Notes: generated by a model from the letters alone, not told the origin. DNA of 64,000 nucleotides from a bacterium (GCA_963662285.2 CAXXMV010000006.1:1472001-1536000); one strand, 5' to 3'; positions 30,216 to 40,632 are shown, counted from the stretch's first letter. Numbers and translations are program-made.

Positions 30216-31490
30216 ATGAAATTGCAACGACCCATAGGTACTTACGATCTTACTCCGGAAGAAACATCCGTTTGGATTATCCTTGAAAACCGCATCAGGG
30301 ATATGTTCCACCGCTATAACTATGGTGAAATCCGCACCCCGATGTTCGAGTATACTGAACTTTTTCAACGCGGCGTAGGCGAAGCCAGTGATATTGTCGC
30401 CAAGGAGATGTATACCTTTAAGGATCGCGGCGACCGCAGCCTTACTCTACGTCCCGAAGGAACGGCGGGCGTAGTTCGCGCATTCATCGAAAACGGTTTA
30501 GAGAAAAAAAGCCCTGGAATATCCAAACTATTCTATTTAGCACCCATGTTTCGTTACGAACGCAAACAACGGGGGCGCTTCCGTCAACATGTTCAATACG
30601 GCTGCGAGGTTTTCGGCGCTGACGGTCCCAATATTGACGTTGAATTGCTGGTTATGCTCAATCAGTTTTATCAGGAACTCGGATTGATCGAACTTGATCT
30701 GATAATCAACAGCGTGGGCTGCAATGTTTGCCGTCCCGGTCATCGTGATGAATTCGTGGCCTGGGCTAAACCTTATCTGAAAGATTTCTGCGAAGATTGC
30801 CAACGCCGCTTCGGCGCTAATCCCCTGCGGATGTTTGATTGCAAAGAGGAACAATGTCAAAAAATCCTGCAACACGCCCCGAAATTGATTGATTACCTCT
30901 GCGATTCCTGTCAGCCCCATTTTGAAGAACTACGGGCCGGGTTGGATCGGCATGGCATCACCTATGAAGTCGATCCCAAACTGGTGCGCGGTTTGGATTA
31001 CTACACCAAGACCGCCTTCGAGATGAGCTACGCCCCGCTAGGATCGCAAGGCGTATTGATGGGCGGAGGCCGTTACGACGGATTAACCAAGTACCTGGGA
31101 GGCTCTAACACCCCCGGCATCGGCTTCGGCGCCGGCTTAGAACGTCTCATCATGATATTGCAGGAAACAGGCAAGGGAATTGAGCCAGACACGGGCATGG
31201 ACCTATTCGCAGTATCTATGGGAGACCGTGCGAAGATTGAAATAGAAGGCCTGTTGCTCAAAGCCAGGGCATTAGGTCTACGATGCGACCGCGACTTCAC
31301 TGGAAAATCAGTCAAAAAGCAATTCCTGGCCGCCAACAAACTAGGTGCCCGCTTCGCTGTAGTAATCGGCGACGATGAAATTGATAAAAAGATAATCCTG
31401 CTGAAAAACCTGGTAGAAGGCTCGCAACAGGAAATCCCCTGGACTGATGATTTGTCTGAATTACGGGATAGTATCAATGGTTCCGCATAA
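30216..31490 (+). CDS. hisS: Histidyl-tRNA synthetase
   Basis: LRPEGTA, FRYER.Q.GR.RQ, LVRGLDYY, GGGRYDGL, GFGAGLER. Confidence 0.98.
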   Translation: MKLQRPIGTYDLTPEETSVWIILENRIRDMFHRYNYGEIRTPMFEYTELFQRGVGEASDIVAKEMYTFKDRGDRSLTLRPEGTAGVVRAFIENGLEKKSPGISKLFYLAPMFRYERKQRGRFRQHVQYGCEVFGADGPNIDVELLVMLNQFYQELGLIELDLIINSVGCNVCRPGHRDEFVAWAKPYLKDFCEDCQRRFGANPLRMFDCKEEQCQKILQHAPKLIDYLCDSCQPHFEELRAGLDRHGITYEVDPKLVRGLDYYTKTAFEMSYAPLGSQGVLMGGGRYDGLTKYLGGSNTPGIGFGAGLERLIMILQETGKGIEPDTGMDLFAVSMGDRAKIEIEGLLLKARALGLRCDRDFTGKSVKKQFLAANKLGARFAVVIGDDEIDKKIILLKNLVEGSQQEIPWTDDLSELRDSINGSA

Positions 31491-31582
31491 ACTGATTATT
31501 ATCATAACCAATTGAAAAATCTCAGGTGTTAGAAAACAACCCTCTCTTTGAATGACCGGGCACATAGTTTACACTTTAGCAT

Positions 31583-31612
31583 GTAGGGTGGGTCGCGCCT
31601 CACCGACCCACC
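31583..31612 (+). repeat. GTAG-REP-like hairpin (GTAG-GGTGGG..CCCACC family)
   Basis: GTAG GGTGGGTCG-CGCCTCAC-CGACCCACC. Relatives at 39784, 40695 and 56650. Confidence 0.75.
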
Positions 31613-31646
31613 GAAACCACCTAAGTATCCAAACATATCCGATGGT

Positions 31647-31680
31647 AAAAAAAGCCCAGGATGAAAATCCCGGGCTTTTT
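31647..31680. terminator. Bidirectional terminator
   Basis: AAAAAAAGCCCAGGA-loop-TCCCGGGCTTTTT between convergent hisS and the Ytr-like operon. Confidence 0.7.
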
Positions 31681-31709
31681 GAATTATTGTAACCTATGCG
31701 AAGCCGTTA

Positions 31710-33620
31710 TCACCACTCCCAACCCGCTAATTGAATTTCGTTGGTTTCTTCAAACTGACGAGTAGAATATGAAGAATCATAAACTTGGTCAGTGTGAATC
31801 TTATAGGCCGTATTACTAAAAATCCAATAGGTTTTCCGGGGGATTTTTATTTTGACTATATATTCTCGCTGTTCCACAGGTGAATCGCCCTGTTTTGGTA
31901 TTGGCAGAGGTCTCATCCAAATGCTAGGATCCATATACTGCTCTCTTCGATAATCACCCTGTTGTGAAGCATGGGTTATTCTGGATGTAACAGACTGAAC
32001 CAATGGACTCATGGCGCTTAACATTCCTTCCATCCATTTATGGTTTTCTTTACGGAATTTCATAGCCTGTGGGCTGTTATCATTTTTTTGAGGTAAACAC
32101 TGTACGTAAATGATTTTACTATCCCGGGCGTTAAAGAAACTGGGCGCTGGTATTAACTTAGATGAAGGAGCATATTCAGAAATTATGTTATTTTTTATAA
32201 AATGTCTCGTCAGTAGGTCAGGATTCATATCAACTACGTAGCATAATTCCTGACCTAAAGGAAATGTCTTATGCATTTGTTCTGGAGTTAACCATTGACC
32301 GTTTTTATCTCTTTCCATACGCCACTTATAGGCTGCTTGCAATGCCAATACTCTTCTTTTTATAACTGTCATTCTTTGAGTTAAGTAATAACTTGTATTA
32401 TGAATATTTGAAGAGTTAGTTATAGATGGATGACTATATAATCGAGATACGGCGTAAGTTAACTTTGGCAGTTGTCTGGCTTGTTCAGCGGATAGCAGTG
32501 GATCACTCTCATAAAAGGCATCCGGTAGTCGATCACAACGTTTGCGAAGAGCGGCGAGAGTTGTCCATTTTCCAAGCATAGAATTTACTACTGGAGTTTT
32601 CTTCTCTTTGTTTGTCAGAAATCCGACTTTTATAAAATCACTGCATAAATCATTATAATCATAAGTTTTCGACTCTTTCTTTGCGAATTCAATATGGGGA
32701 ATAACAAAATTATTGCTAATCAATATGGAAGCCGCTAATTGATCCGAAGATAACTTGCTTTCTTTGAAAATAGCACTAATTAATGTTTTCTTAGTAGAAT
32801 AAAATGATTTCTCTTCAAATATTGAACTTATTAATAAGTTTTCAATATTTGAACTCTGGCAAAATCTTGGTAATTTCCATTCATTAAATTTGATATTATT
32901 AAGACTTTTATAAATTAGTGATGTTCTTTCATAATCAGGATTAGTCCAAATCAAATGATCAAATCCATCAAACCCTAAATGATGAATATTAATGCGCAAA
33001 AACTGTAGATGTTCTTTTGCAAAGGCATATCTGACACTTTCTCCGAAATCAATGATAGTTTTAAGTTGTTTCAAAGCGCTTTCAAAATCGCCTTCCAACC
33101 AGTCTCGATAAGCCATTTGTCTAATAGCGTAAGAGATTCTTTTTAACCAATATAAATTATGAGATTCGCGTGAATCTATATCAGAGAAATGGCTCTCATT
33201 TGGAGCAGCAATAAATGGGTGGCATTGCAGAGCCTTTTCCATATTTTGCACATGAGTTTGCATTTGATTTAAATAATCATCAAACCATTCAGGTGAGCTT
33301 GCATTGGCGACAAATCCTTGGTTTTCGCAAGGATTGTTAAATTGATTGGACATAAATATTTCTTGATTTGCGCCTGATATTGTATCATCGCTTGAGGGGA
33401 GCAGTTTATAATATGCTTCCTGACTACCAGGACCGTATTTATCCCAAATAGCCTGATTGAATATTTTGGCGTATTCCGGTGCATTTGCAATTTGATTCTT
33501 GATATGTTGCGCTTCAAACAACTTATTACCCAGCACAAGAATCAAAGCTGTTAATATTGTACATTCCATTAAGCGTTTGGTTATTGATTTCACGGTCATT
33601 CTCCTTTTTGAACCGCTCAT
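31710..33620 (-). CDS. Membrane-anchored hypothetical protein, last gene of the Ytr-like operon
   Basis: 636-aa AT-rich ORF with an N-terminal TM segment. Confidence 0.65.
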   Translation of the reverse strand: MSGSKRRMTVKSITKRLMECTILTALILVLGNKLFEAQHIKNQIANAPEYAKIFNQAIWDKYGPGSQEAYYKLLPSSDDTISGANQEIFMSNQFNNPCENQGFVANASSPEWFDDYLNQMQTHVQNMEKALQCHPFIAAPNESHFSDIDSRESHNLYWLKRISYAIRQMAYRDWLEGDFESALKQLKTIIDFGESVRYAFAKEHLQFLRINIHHLGFDGFDHLIWTNPDYERTSLIYKSLNNIKFNEWKLPRFCQSSNIENLLISSIFEEKSFYSTKKTLISAIFKESKLSSDQLAASILISNNFVIPHIEFAKKESKTYDYNDLCSDFIKVGFLTNKEKKTPVVNSMLGKWTTLAALRKRCDRLPDAFYESDPLLSAEQARQLPKLTYAVSRLYSHPSITNSSNIHNTSYYLTQRMTVIKRRVLALQAAYKWRMERDKNGQWLTPEQMHKTFPLGQELCYVVDMNPDLLTRHFIKNNIISEYAPSSKLIPAPSFFNARDSKIIYVQCLPQKNDNSPQAMKFRKENHKWMEGMLSAMSPLVQSVTSRITHASQQGDYRREQYMDPSIWMRPLPIPKQGDSPVEQREYIVKIKIPRKTYWIFSNTAYKIHTDQVYDSSYSTRQFEETNEIQLAGWEW

Positions 33621-33666
33621 TAATAATCTTTATTAAATACTATTGATCCGATGATATTTATCTTGT

Positions 33667-35157
33667 CTAACCCATACCTAGCTCTATCCCGGTTAACAAA
33701 TAAATTAAATCGAGCCAGCCAGTGTTAAAAATAATCACAATCACGGATAGCATAAACAAGAATATTCGTCCAACATACAATTGGCGATACATAGTGCTTC
33801 CGGTCAGTACGCTGTGGTCTGTCGCAGTCCGCCATGTCGTCAAAATTATGCCTATAAATAGGGCTAGAATAATCCAGGGAATACCAGGAATAATGTCTAA
33901 CATATCAATATGTTTTCTTTTAGTTATTGACGTTGCAATATCTGTAATATGCGAGGTCCCGAATTGCAGGTAGCAATAAACTAAAGATACAGAGAGAAAA
34001 GCTGGAATACATTCCAGGAAGGCGTATAGCGTGTTACGTATGGCATGAGTAAACAAAGCCGCACAGGCAAAAAGCCCTAAACCGATCAGGGGCAAACAGA
34101 AAAATATTATTAATTTCTCTCTATCTCTGTTGCTATGAGCATTATTAAACTCAAAGGTATTTATTCCAAAGATTACAAACATTATGCACAAAGCGGGAAC
34201 AAGAGCCAGCACTAAGCCTGACAGCCACTTGGCCCAGAAAATTTCACTCAAAGAAATCGGTTGATAAAACAAAACATTCTGCTGACCATGCTTCTCGTTA
34301 TTCTTGTAAGTTGATATCCCGATATATATTGATAATAAAACTGAACCGACTAAAGATAAACTTACGATTAGATCTGAATTAGTTGCAAAACCGAATACAC
34401 TGACAATAATAAAAAAGACGCCCAGTATTAGAGATGTCCAGTTCTGTTTTATTTGCAGCCATAGCAGCTGTTCCGTCTTGAATCGAATAGTGCTATTCAA
34501 AGAATGGCGTAGTTTTAATATCCCCATACTGGCGCCAAAGGGAATGGTGAAAACCAGTAAGAATAATGGATAAAAATAATAAACGCCGATTTTGGTCTGA
34601 AAAGCATAATGATGCGCAACCATCATGCTGATGAAAACAATCACTATCCCGCAAAGCAGAACCGTAATGGTCTGTTTAACTTTACTAGATATTATCACCC
34701 CGACGCCATAAGCGAAGATGCTGTATGACAATATGTAGGCGAAGATTTTATTTTCAGATTCCCATAACGTAACTCCGAATAGCAATGTTACCAGAAACCA
34801 TAGCGCTTGAACCAGACATACCACTATTACTATTGATAATCCCGCAGCTATTTTTTCAGAGAAAATACGCGTCCATGAAACCGGCAGACGCGTCAATAAG
34901 ATAACATTGTTTCCACTACGTTCTTCGGCCATGAAATAAGCCGCTGCAATCAATGCAATCAGGGCGGTTATAGTGATTTGCACCTTAAAAAACCAATTAC
35001 TCAAACTCCATTCATCAAATAGACTAACAAAGCCGATTTGATTTTTTAAAATGGGAAACAGTGCCATAATGAAAGCCTGCACCATCAATGCCAATGCGGC
35101 ATGTCGGCTCAGCTGCTTAAAGTCTTTTTGGAAAATTGCAAAGGATTGTATATTCAT
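33667..35157 (-). CDS. ABC-2 type permease (duplicated domain)
   Basis: About 12 TM segments with two EE...LL.RLPVS...I...K-like motifs. ATGA overlap with the ATPase gene. Confidence 0.8.
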   Translation of the reverse strand: MNIQSFAIFQKDFKQLSRHAALALMVQAFIMALFPILKNQIGFVSLFDEWSLSNWFFKVQITITALIALIAAAYFMAEERSGNNVILLTRLPVSWTRIFSEKIAAGLSIVIVVCLVQALWFLVTLLFGVTLWESENKIFAYILSYSIFAYGVGVIISSKVKQTITVLLCGIVIVFISMMVAHHYAFQTKIGVYYFYPLFLLVFTIPFGASMGILKLRHSLNSTIRFKTEQLLWLQIKQNWTSLILGVFFIIVSVFGFATNSDLIVSLSLVGSVLLSIYIGISTYKNNEKHGQQNVLFYQPISLSEIFWAKWLSGLVLALVPALCIMFVIFGINTFEFNNAHSNRDREKLIIFFCLPLIGLGLFACAALFTHAIRNTLYAFLECIPAFLSVSLVYCYLQFGTSHITDIATSITKRKHIDMLDIIPGIPWIILALFIGIILTTWRTATDHSVLTGSTMYRQLYVGRIFLFMLSVIVIIFNTGWLDLIYLLTGIELGMG

Positions 35158-36047
35158 GATCCCACCAAATCTACGAAGATATCTTCGAGCGTCATCTCTT
35201 CGATTATCACATTGTCGGCGCCAGACGACTGCTTGATGTCTTGCTGCGTCTTACGCTGGTCGAAATTGTAGCAAGTGATAATCGCTTCACGCCCATTTTT
35301 CTTGACGCTCAAGGCATCGCATACTCCCAACTTATCGGGAACCGACTCTCCGAATATTAAACGCACCCGTTTCATGCAATTCTGCAAGTCATCCATACGA
35401 TTTGATGATATTAATTGTCCTTCACGGATGAATGCAACATGATCCAACAGTCCGGCGAATTCATTCAACAAGTGCGACGATAACAGAATGGTCTTGCCCG
35501 ATTCCTGATAGCAGGCCAGGATTGTTTCGATGAAGTTCCTACGCGCCGCCGGGTCGAGTCCGCCGGTCGGTTCGTCAAGCACCAGCATTTCCGGTTCAAA
35601 TGAAAGCGCCAACAGCAGCGCCAGTTTGGCGCGCATTCCTTTGGATAGTTCTCCAACCTTCTGTTTTTGTTCCAGGCCGAAATCCATCAGCAGTTGATTG
35701 GACAATGTCCAGTTCCAAGTCGAATGATAAGCGGCGACCAATGAGATTAGTTCATCGACCTTCATCCATTCGTAATAACCATAATTCTCTGGTACGTAAC
35801 CCACCCGCTGCCGGATTGCAATGCCTTGTTTGGCCGGATCGAGACCTAATAAAGAAATCTTGCCGCTGGTTACAGGTAATATACCCATGATCATATTTAT
35901 AGTGGTTGATTTACCCGAACCGTTGGGGCCGAGTAAGCCGAATACAGACCCTGTAGGAACTTCCAGGTCGAGATTGTTAACCGCAAGTTTTTTCCCGAAT
36001 TTACGGCTCAATCCCTTAGTGGATATCGCAATGTCACTCATTTTCAT
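35154..36047 (-). CDS. ABC transporter ATP-binding protein (YtrB-like)
   Basis: GPNGSGKST, LSKGM, LDEPT.GLDP, SSH. Confidence 0.93.
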   Translation of the reverse strand: MKMSDIAISTKGLSRKFGKKLAVNNLDLEVPTGSVFGLLGPNGSGKSTTINMIMGILPVTSGKISLLGLDPAKQGIAIRQRVGYVPENYGYYEWMKVDELISLVAAYHSTWNWTLSNQLLMDFGLEQKQKVGELSKGMRAKLALLLALSFEPEMLVLDEPTGGLDPAARRNFIETILACYQESGKTILLSSHLLNEFAGLLDHVAFIREGQLISSNRMDDLQNCMKRVRLIFGESVPDKLGVCDALSVKKNGREAIITCYNFDQRKTQQDIKQSSGADNVIIEEMTLEDIFVDLVGS

Positions 36048-36429
36048 TCTCCTTACTGAGTCTCCCCGCGCTGTTGCGGATCATGTCAATGATTTCCTCT
36101 ATGCTTATCTGGTAGTGGTTTGCTTCCAGCGTCAGATCATCCGACATCCGTTCCAGGATTTTCAGACGCTCTTTCTTCTCCAGCCCCGGGCCGTCATCCG
36201 TCACAAAACATCCAGCACCCTGCCGCGCTCGCACAACCCCCATGTGTTCAAGTTCCAGATAGGCGCGGCTCACCGTATTACGGTTCACCCGCGCTTGCAC
36301 CGCCGCTTCTCTGATAGTGGGGAGCTGATCCCCTGGTTTTAGCGCTCCGGTGGCAATCGCACGCCTGACCGACTCGACGATTTGGAGATATGTTGCTTTT
36401 GGATTGGATAAATCGATTGTAATAATCAT
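36034..36429 (-). CDS. GntR-family regulator, YtrA subfamily
   Basis: YLQI...I..G.LKPGDQLPTIRE.A....VN.NTV.RAY.ELE..G......G.G.FV. Start placed at the ATG at 36429 (MIITID) because the longer TTG start coincides with the -35 box. Confidence 0.9.
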   Translation of the reverse strand: MIITIDLSNPKATYLQIVESVRRAIATGALKPGDQLPTIREAAVQARVNRNTVSRAYLELEHMGVVRARQGAGCFVTDDGPGLEKKERLKILERMSDDLTLEANHYQISIEEIIDMIRNSAGRLSKENENE

Positions 36430-36468
36430 TGTGCTAGGTATGCTATGACAATTATCAAAAAACGTCAA
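36430..36468 (-). promoter_or_regulatory. Promoter with a YtrA-type operator abutting the start codon
   Basis: Minus strand TTGACG-N17-TAGCAT. The imperfect palindrome TGTCATA-N7-TAGCACA (36450-36430) ends immediately before the ATG. No SD. Confidence 0.65.
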
Positions 36469-36594
36469 GCAGTTTTTTTGATTTCACTAGAATCGGATTA
36501 GTTAAATTTAATTAAATAAGGTGCTTGGGGATAGAAAATATTTTGTGACGGATATGGTTGCTATAACCTTTCCCTTCAGAGAATAGCACAGAGC

Positions 36595-36805
36595 GGGGAG
36601 CATCGGCTTCTAGCCGGTGTGTCAAAGAAACCTATAAAACAGTCAACCAATTACGAATATCGCGTAGAATCCTTCTTCACATGCACATACTACTGGTACC
36701 ATTGATAATTCCAAACCTTGGATATCATTCGATCACAACAATACTTCATATTTGTATGAAGAGAACCGAAGGGATTGGCGAACCGGCTAGAAGCCGATGC
36801 TCCCC
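36595..36805. repeat. Perfect 24-bp inverted repeat pair (REPIN/MITE-like)
   Basis: GGGGAGCATCGGCTTCTAGCCGGT (36595-36618) and its exact reverse complement (36782-36805) around 163 bp of AT-rich filler. Confidence 0.85.
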
Positions 36806-36858
36806 TTTTCGATTATATCAATCGCATCCTGATTCTGACAAAAATTATCCCCAAAAAA

Positions 36859-37197
36859 TTAGATCGGCAGCTGAATCATCCTGTCGGATTTGGTATTGAA
36901 AGTCAATTCGCCTGGTTGGGCGTTATAATAGAGCAGGCAACCCGGTAATTTTTCTTGAACCATTGGGATTAATTGATCACGGCTGGTTTCGATGATTTGA
37001 GCATCCATTTTAACGTCTAAACGCCAGGATAAGGCGGCGGGGAGGGTAGACCATAGAAAGAGAACCAACTCTCCATGAGTGGTTTCCCCTAAAACCAGAG
37101 ATAATTTTTGATTCGTCGATCCCTGATTGGTCGTGTTTTGATTATTCCGCCTTAGCAGAAATAATGTATTTGGCAGTTCATCAACAGTCACAGACAT
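36859..37197 (-). CDS. Hypothetical protein
   Basis: 112-aa ORF filling the gap, no recognised motif. Confidence 0.5.
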   Translation of the reverse strand: MSVTVDELPNTLFLLRRNNQNTTNQGSTNQKLSLVLGETTHGELVLFLWSTLPAALSWRLDVKMDAQIIETSRDQLIPMVQEKLPGCLLYYNAQPGELTFNTKSDRMIQLPI

Positions 37198-37285
37198 TTA
37201 CCCTGGTTAAGATTTTGTATTATATTACATAAATGAATAATCAACTAATCCAGTGGTTGTTAATTTAAAACTTATGGGGTGAACA

Positions 37286-39682
37286 ATGATGATGAAACAA
37301 TCAGCGTCTTCCTTTATTAAGATTATAGGCTTACTTTTTGTATCTTTCCAATTTATATCATCTCCCTTGAGTCATTCTGACGCCATTAATAATCCCAAAT
37401 ACGGGCAATTAGATAAGTTCCGTCAGTTGGAAGAGGTATTGCCATCACCCAATCCATACCGCACCGCTTCTGGCGCCCCTGGAAGTGAATATTGGCAGCA
37501 AAAAGTGGATTATGTAATAGACGTCGAATTGGATGATGCAAACCAACGCATCACCGGTTCCGCCAAAATATCATATCTCAACAACTCACCTGATGTTCTG
37601 AATTATTTATGGATGCAGCTAGACGCCAACATCTACACTCCTGCAGCTGATTCAGTTATGAAGTCTGAGGCGCCAGATTTTAACAGCATAAGCCATTCAG
37701 GGTTGCGTTGGTTATTATCGCGGCAGGATTTCAACGGCGGCATCAACATCACTTCTATCAAAGAGAACAGCGGCAAACCACTGGCCCATCAGATCGTTAA
37801 AACCATGATACGCATTGACCTTCCGGCGCCGCTTAAACCGGGAGATAAATTCGTATTCTCCATTGATTGGAATTACAAAATCAACAATTCCAAATATGTT
37901 AAAGGTAGAACGGGTTGTGAATTCTTTGAAGATGACGGTAATTTTATATATGAAATAGCCCAATGGTTTCCCCGCTTATGCGCCTATACCGATGAATCCG
38001 GTTGGCAGAACAAGCAGTTTATGGGTGACGGAGAATTTACCCTGGAATTCGGCGACTACCTGGTGCGCATCACCGCGCCCGATGATCATATCGTGGCCGC
38101 GTCAGGCAAACTGCAAAATCCCCGCGATGTAATGACGGCGGAACAGCGCCAACGGTTCAAACAAGCCAGGACTGCTGAGAAACCGGTATTCATCGTTACT
38201 CCTGATGAAGCCAAAGCAAACCAATCTTCCAAGCCTGAGGGAAAGAAAACCTGGATTTTCAAAGCGGATAACGTCCGCGACTTCGCGTTTGCGTCTTCAC
38301 GCAAATTCATCTGGGACGCCCAAGGTTGCAATAACGGCGGCAATACAGTCATGGCTATGTCGTTTTACCCCATCGAAGGTGAACCTTTGTGGAGCAAATA
38401 CTCAACTCACTCCATCATCCAAACGCTTGACGTCTACTCAAAATATACCTTCGATTATCCCTATCCGGTCGCCATTTCAGTCAATGGACCCGTTGGAGGT
38501 ATGGAATACCCCATGATCTGCTTCAACGGCCCCAGGCCGGAAGAGGATGGCACATACTCCAAGGAAATCAAATACCGTCTTATCTCGGTCATTATTCACG
38601 AAGTCGGTCATAATTATTTCCCCATGATCGTCAATTCCGATGAACGCCAGTGGACCTGGATGGATGAAGGTCTCAACACCTTTATGCAATACTTGACTGA
38701 ACAGGAATGGGAAGGCGATTATCCTTCGGGTCGCGGCGAACCCAAAAAGATTATTGGATACATGACATCGCGTAATCAGGTTCCCATCATGACTAATTCG
38801 GAATCACTTTTGCAATTCGGCAACAACGCTTACGCCAAACCATCTACGGCTCTGAATATCCTGCGCGAAACCATCCTGGGCAGGGAACTGTTTGATTTCG
38901 CTTTTAAGGAATACGCCACACGCTGGATGTTCAAACGCCCGACTCCGGCGGATTTCTTCCGCACCATGGAAGACGCATCCGGCGTTGATCTCGATTGGTT
39001 CTGGCGTGGGTGGTTCTACTCAACCGAGCATTCTGATATCGAAATCAATAAACTGATTCATTACACTATGGACAGCGGCGATCCTGAAATCGATAAGGCC
39101 AAATCCAAAGCAGAACGTGATGAGGAACCGGAAACCCTATCCGAAATGCGAAACAAGGATTTGCCCAAACGGGTGGACAAATACCCCGAATTAAAAGATT
39201 TCTACAATGAATACGACGAATTGGACGTCACCGAGACTGACCGGGAAAAATATAAGGAACTACTGGAAAAACTGGATGACGAAGAGAAAGAGCAACTCAA
39301 ATTAGAATCCAATTTCTACGTAGTCGATCTGAAAAACAACGGCGGCCTGGTGATGCCGGTCATCATTCAGGTGGAATATGAAGATGGAACTACTGAAGAG
39401 ATTCGCATCCCAGCCGAAATATGGCTGCATAATGCAAAAAACGTTTCCAAACTTATCCTGACCGAAAAACTGATTAAACGTTTGATTCTCGATCCACACC
39501 TGGAAACCGCCGATGCTGATATAGAAAACAATTACTTCCCGCGCCGCATACAAAAGAAGAGATTCAAACTCAAAAAGCCCGACGAGAAAGACAATCCTAT
39601 GCAGCAAAAGCGCAAGGAAGAAGAGAAAAAGATCAAAGAGGATGAAGAAAAACTAAAAGAAGCGGAAAAACCCGAAGTTTGA
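37286..39682 (+). CDS. M1-family zinc aminopeptidase, secreted
   Basis: YWQQ..DY, AQWFPR, GGMEYPM, HEVGH-N18-E (WMDEG), and a charged C-terminal tail. Confidence 0.92.
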   Translation: MMMKQSASSFIKIIGLLFVSFQFISSPLSHSDAINNPKYGQLDKFRQLEEVLPSPNPYRTASGAPGSEYWQQKVDYVIDVELDDANQRITGSAKISYLNNSPDVLNYLWMQLDANIYTPAADSVMKSEAPDFNSISHSGLRWLLSRQDFNGGINITSIKENSGKPLAHQIVKTMIRIDLPAPLKPGDKFVFSIDWNYKINNSKYVKGRTGCEFFEDDGNFIYEIAQWFPRLCAYTDESGWQNKQFMGDGEFTLEFGDYLVRITAPDDHIVAASGKLQNPRDVMTAEQRQRFKQARTAEKPVFIVTPDEAKANQSSKPEGKKTWIFKADNVRDFAFASSRKFIWDAQGCNNGGNTVMAMSFYPIEGEPLWSKYSTHSIIQTLDVYSKYTFDYPYPVAISVNGPVGGMEYPMICFNGPRPEEDGTYSKEIKYRLISVIIHEVGHNYFPMIVNSDERQWTWMDEGLNTFMQYLTEQEWEGDYPSGRGEPKKIIGYMTSRNQVPIMTNSESLLQFGNNAYAKPSTALNILRETILGRELFDFAFKEYATRWMFKRPTPADFFRTMEDASGVDLDWFWRGWFYSTEHSDIEINKLIHYTMDSGDPEIDKAKSKAERDEEPETLSEMRNKDLPKRVDKYPELKDFYNEYDELDVTETDREKYKELLEKLDDEEKEQLKLESNFYVVDLKNNGGLVMPVIIQVEYEDGTTEEIRIPAEIWLHNAKNVSKLILTEKLIKRLILDPHLETADADIENNYFPRRIQKKRFKLKKPDEKDNPMQQKRKEEEKKIKEDEEKLKEAEKPEV

Positions 39683-39715
39683 TAAGAGTATTCTGCTCCA
39701 TTTTATGATATAACT

Positions 39716-39817
39716 GGGTGCCAAGGGCAAGACCGCAATGCGGTCAGCCCTTGATGCGATAACCTACGTATCTAAAAAAGCGCGTAGGGTGGGCTAAAAG
39801 CGAAAGTGTAGCCCACC
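39716..39817 (+). repeat. GGGTG-CAAGGG REP-like hairpin plus a GTAG-REP
   Basis: GGGTGCCAAGGGCAAGACCGCAATGCGGTCAGCCCTTGA (39716-39754) and GTAGGGTGGGCTA..TAGCCCACC (39784-39817). Confidence 0.8.
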
Positions 39818-39864
39818 AAGAATAACTTAAAAAAATTCGATCCTAAAAGATCGGTTAAAAATCT

Positions 39865-40542
39865 ATGTCAAACCAATTACCTGTTCCATTAGCATATAAT
39901 CCTGATTTATTGTCGATCATGCCTGAAGCGGTTGGAAGGGTGCTGGAATTTGGCTGCAACGATGGCGCTTTAGGTAAAGCCTACAAAGAAAAATTCCCTG
40001 ATACCCATTATATTTCAATAGAAATTAATCCCGATGCAGCAGCGAAAGCAAGCCAACATGTCGATAAAATAGTAAACGGGGATTGTGAAAAAGTCGAAGT
40101 TATCGAACAAGCGCTGGATGGCCAACCCGTCGATTGCATTGTTTATGGGGATGTCCTGGAACATCTCCACGATCCCTGGGCGGCGCTAAAACTTCATTCG
40201 TCATACCTGACAAAGAACGGCGTAGTGGCCGCCTGCATCCCCAATATCCAGCATTGGACAATCATCAATAACCTGTTCCACGGTTACTGGGAATATCAGG
40301 ATTCCGGTATTCTGGATAGAACTCATCTAAGATTTTTCACCCATCGATCAGTCCGGGCGTTGTTTGAAGGCGCTGGATTGTTCATCGATTTTATTCGTGG
40401 CCGCCGTCCGGGCAAGGATCAGTTTCCCCAATTTCTAGAAGCGATGAAGCCAGTTCTTCCACGGCTCAATGTTGATGAAAAAATATTCGCTGAAGCGGCC
40501 AGCATTGTCCAGTTCGTAGTTCGCGCAACCAGAAATGATTAG
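39865..40542 (+). CDS. Class I SAM-dependent methyltransferase
   Basis: VLEFGCNDG, DVLEHL.DPW, IPN, GILDRTHLRFFT (a type often associated with glycan synthesis). Confidence 0.88.
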   Translation: MSNQLPVPLAYNPDLLSIMPEAVGRVLEFGCNDGALGKAYKEKFPDTHYISIEINPDAAAKASQHVDKIVNGDCEKVEVIEQALDGQPVDCIVYGDVLEHLHDPWAALKLHSSYLTKNGVVAACIPNIQHWTIINNLFHGYWEYQDSGILDRTHLRFFTHRSVRALFEGAGLFIDFIRGRRPGKDQFPQFLEAMKPVLPRLNVDEKIFAEAASIVQFVVRATRND

Positions 40543-40632
40543 AATAATATGAATCATAAGAACATAGGTAACTAAACAGAGGTAACAAAAAAAATAAAAC
40601 CTACCAGAACATTAGTAGGGCGCCAAAAACCG

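Noticed and set aside
36430-36468. 13-codon N-terminal extension of the GntR ORF
   Set aside because: The TTG start is the -35 hexamer and the extension spans the promoter and operator. Family similarity begins at MIITID.
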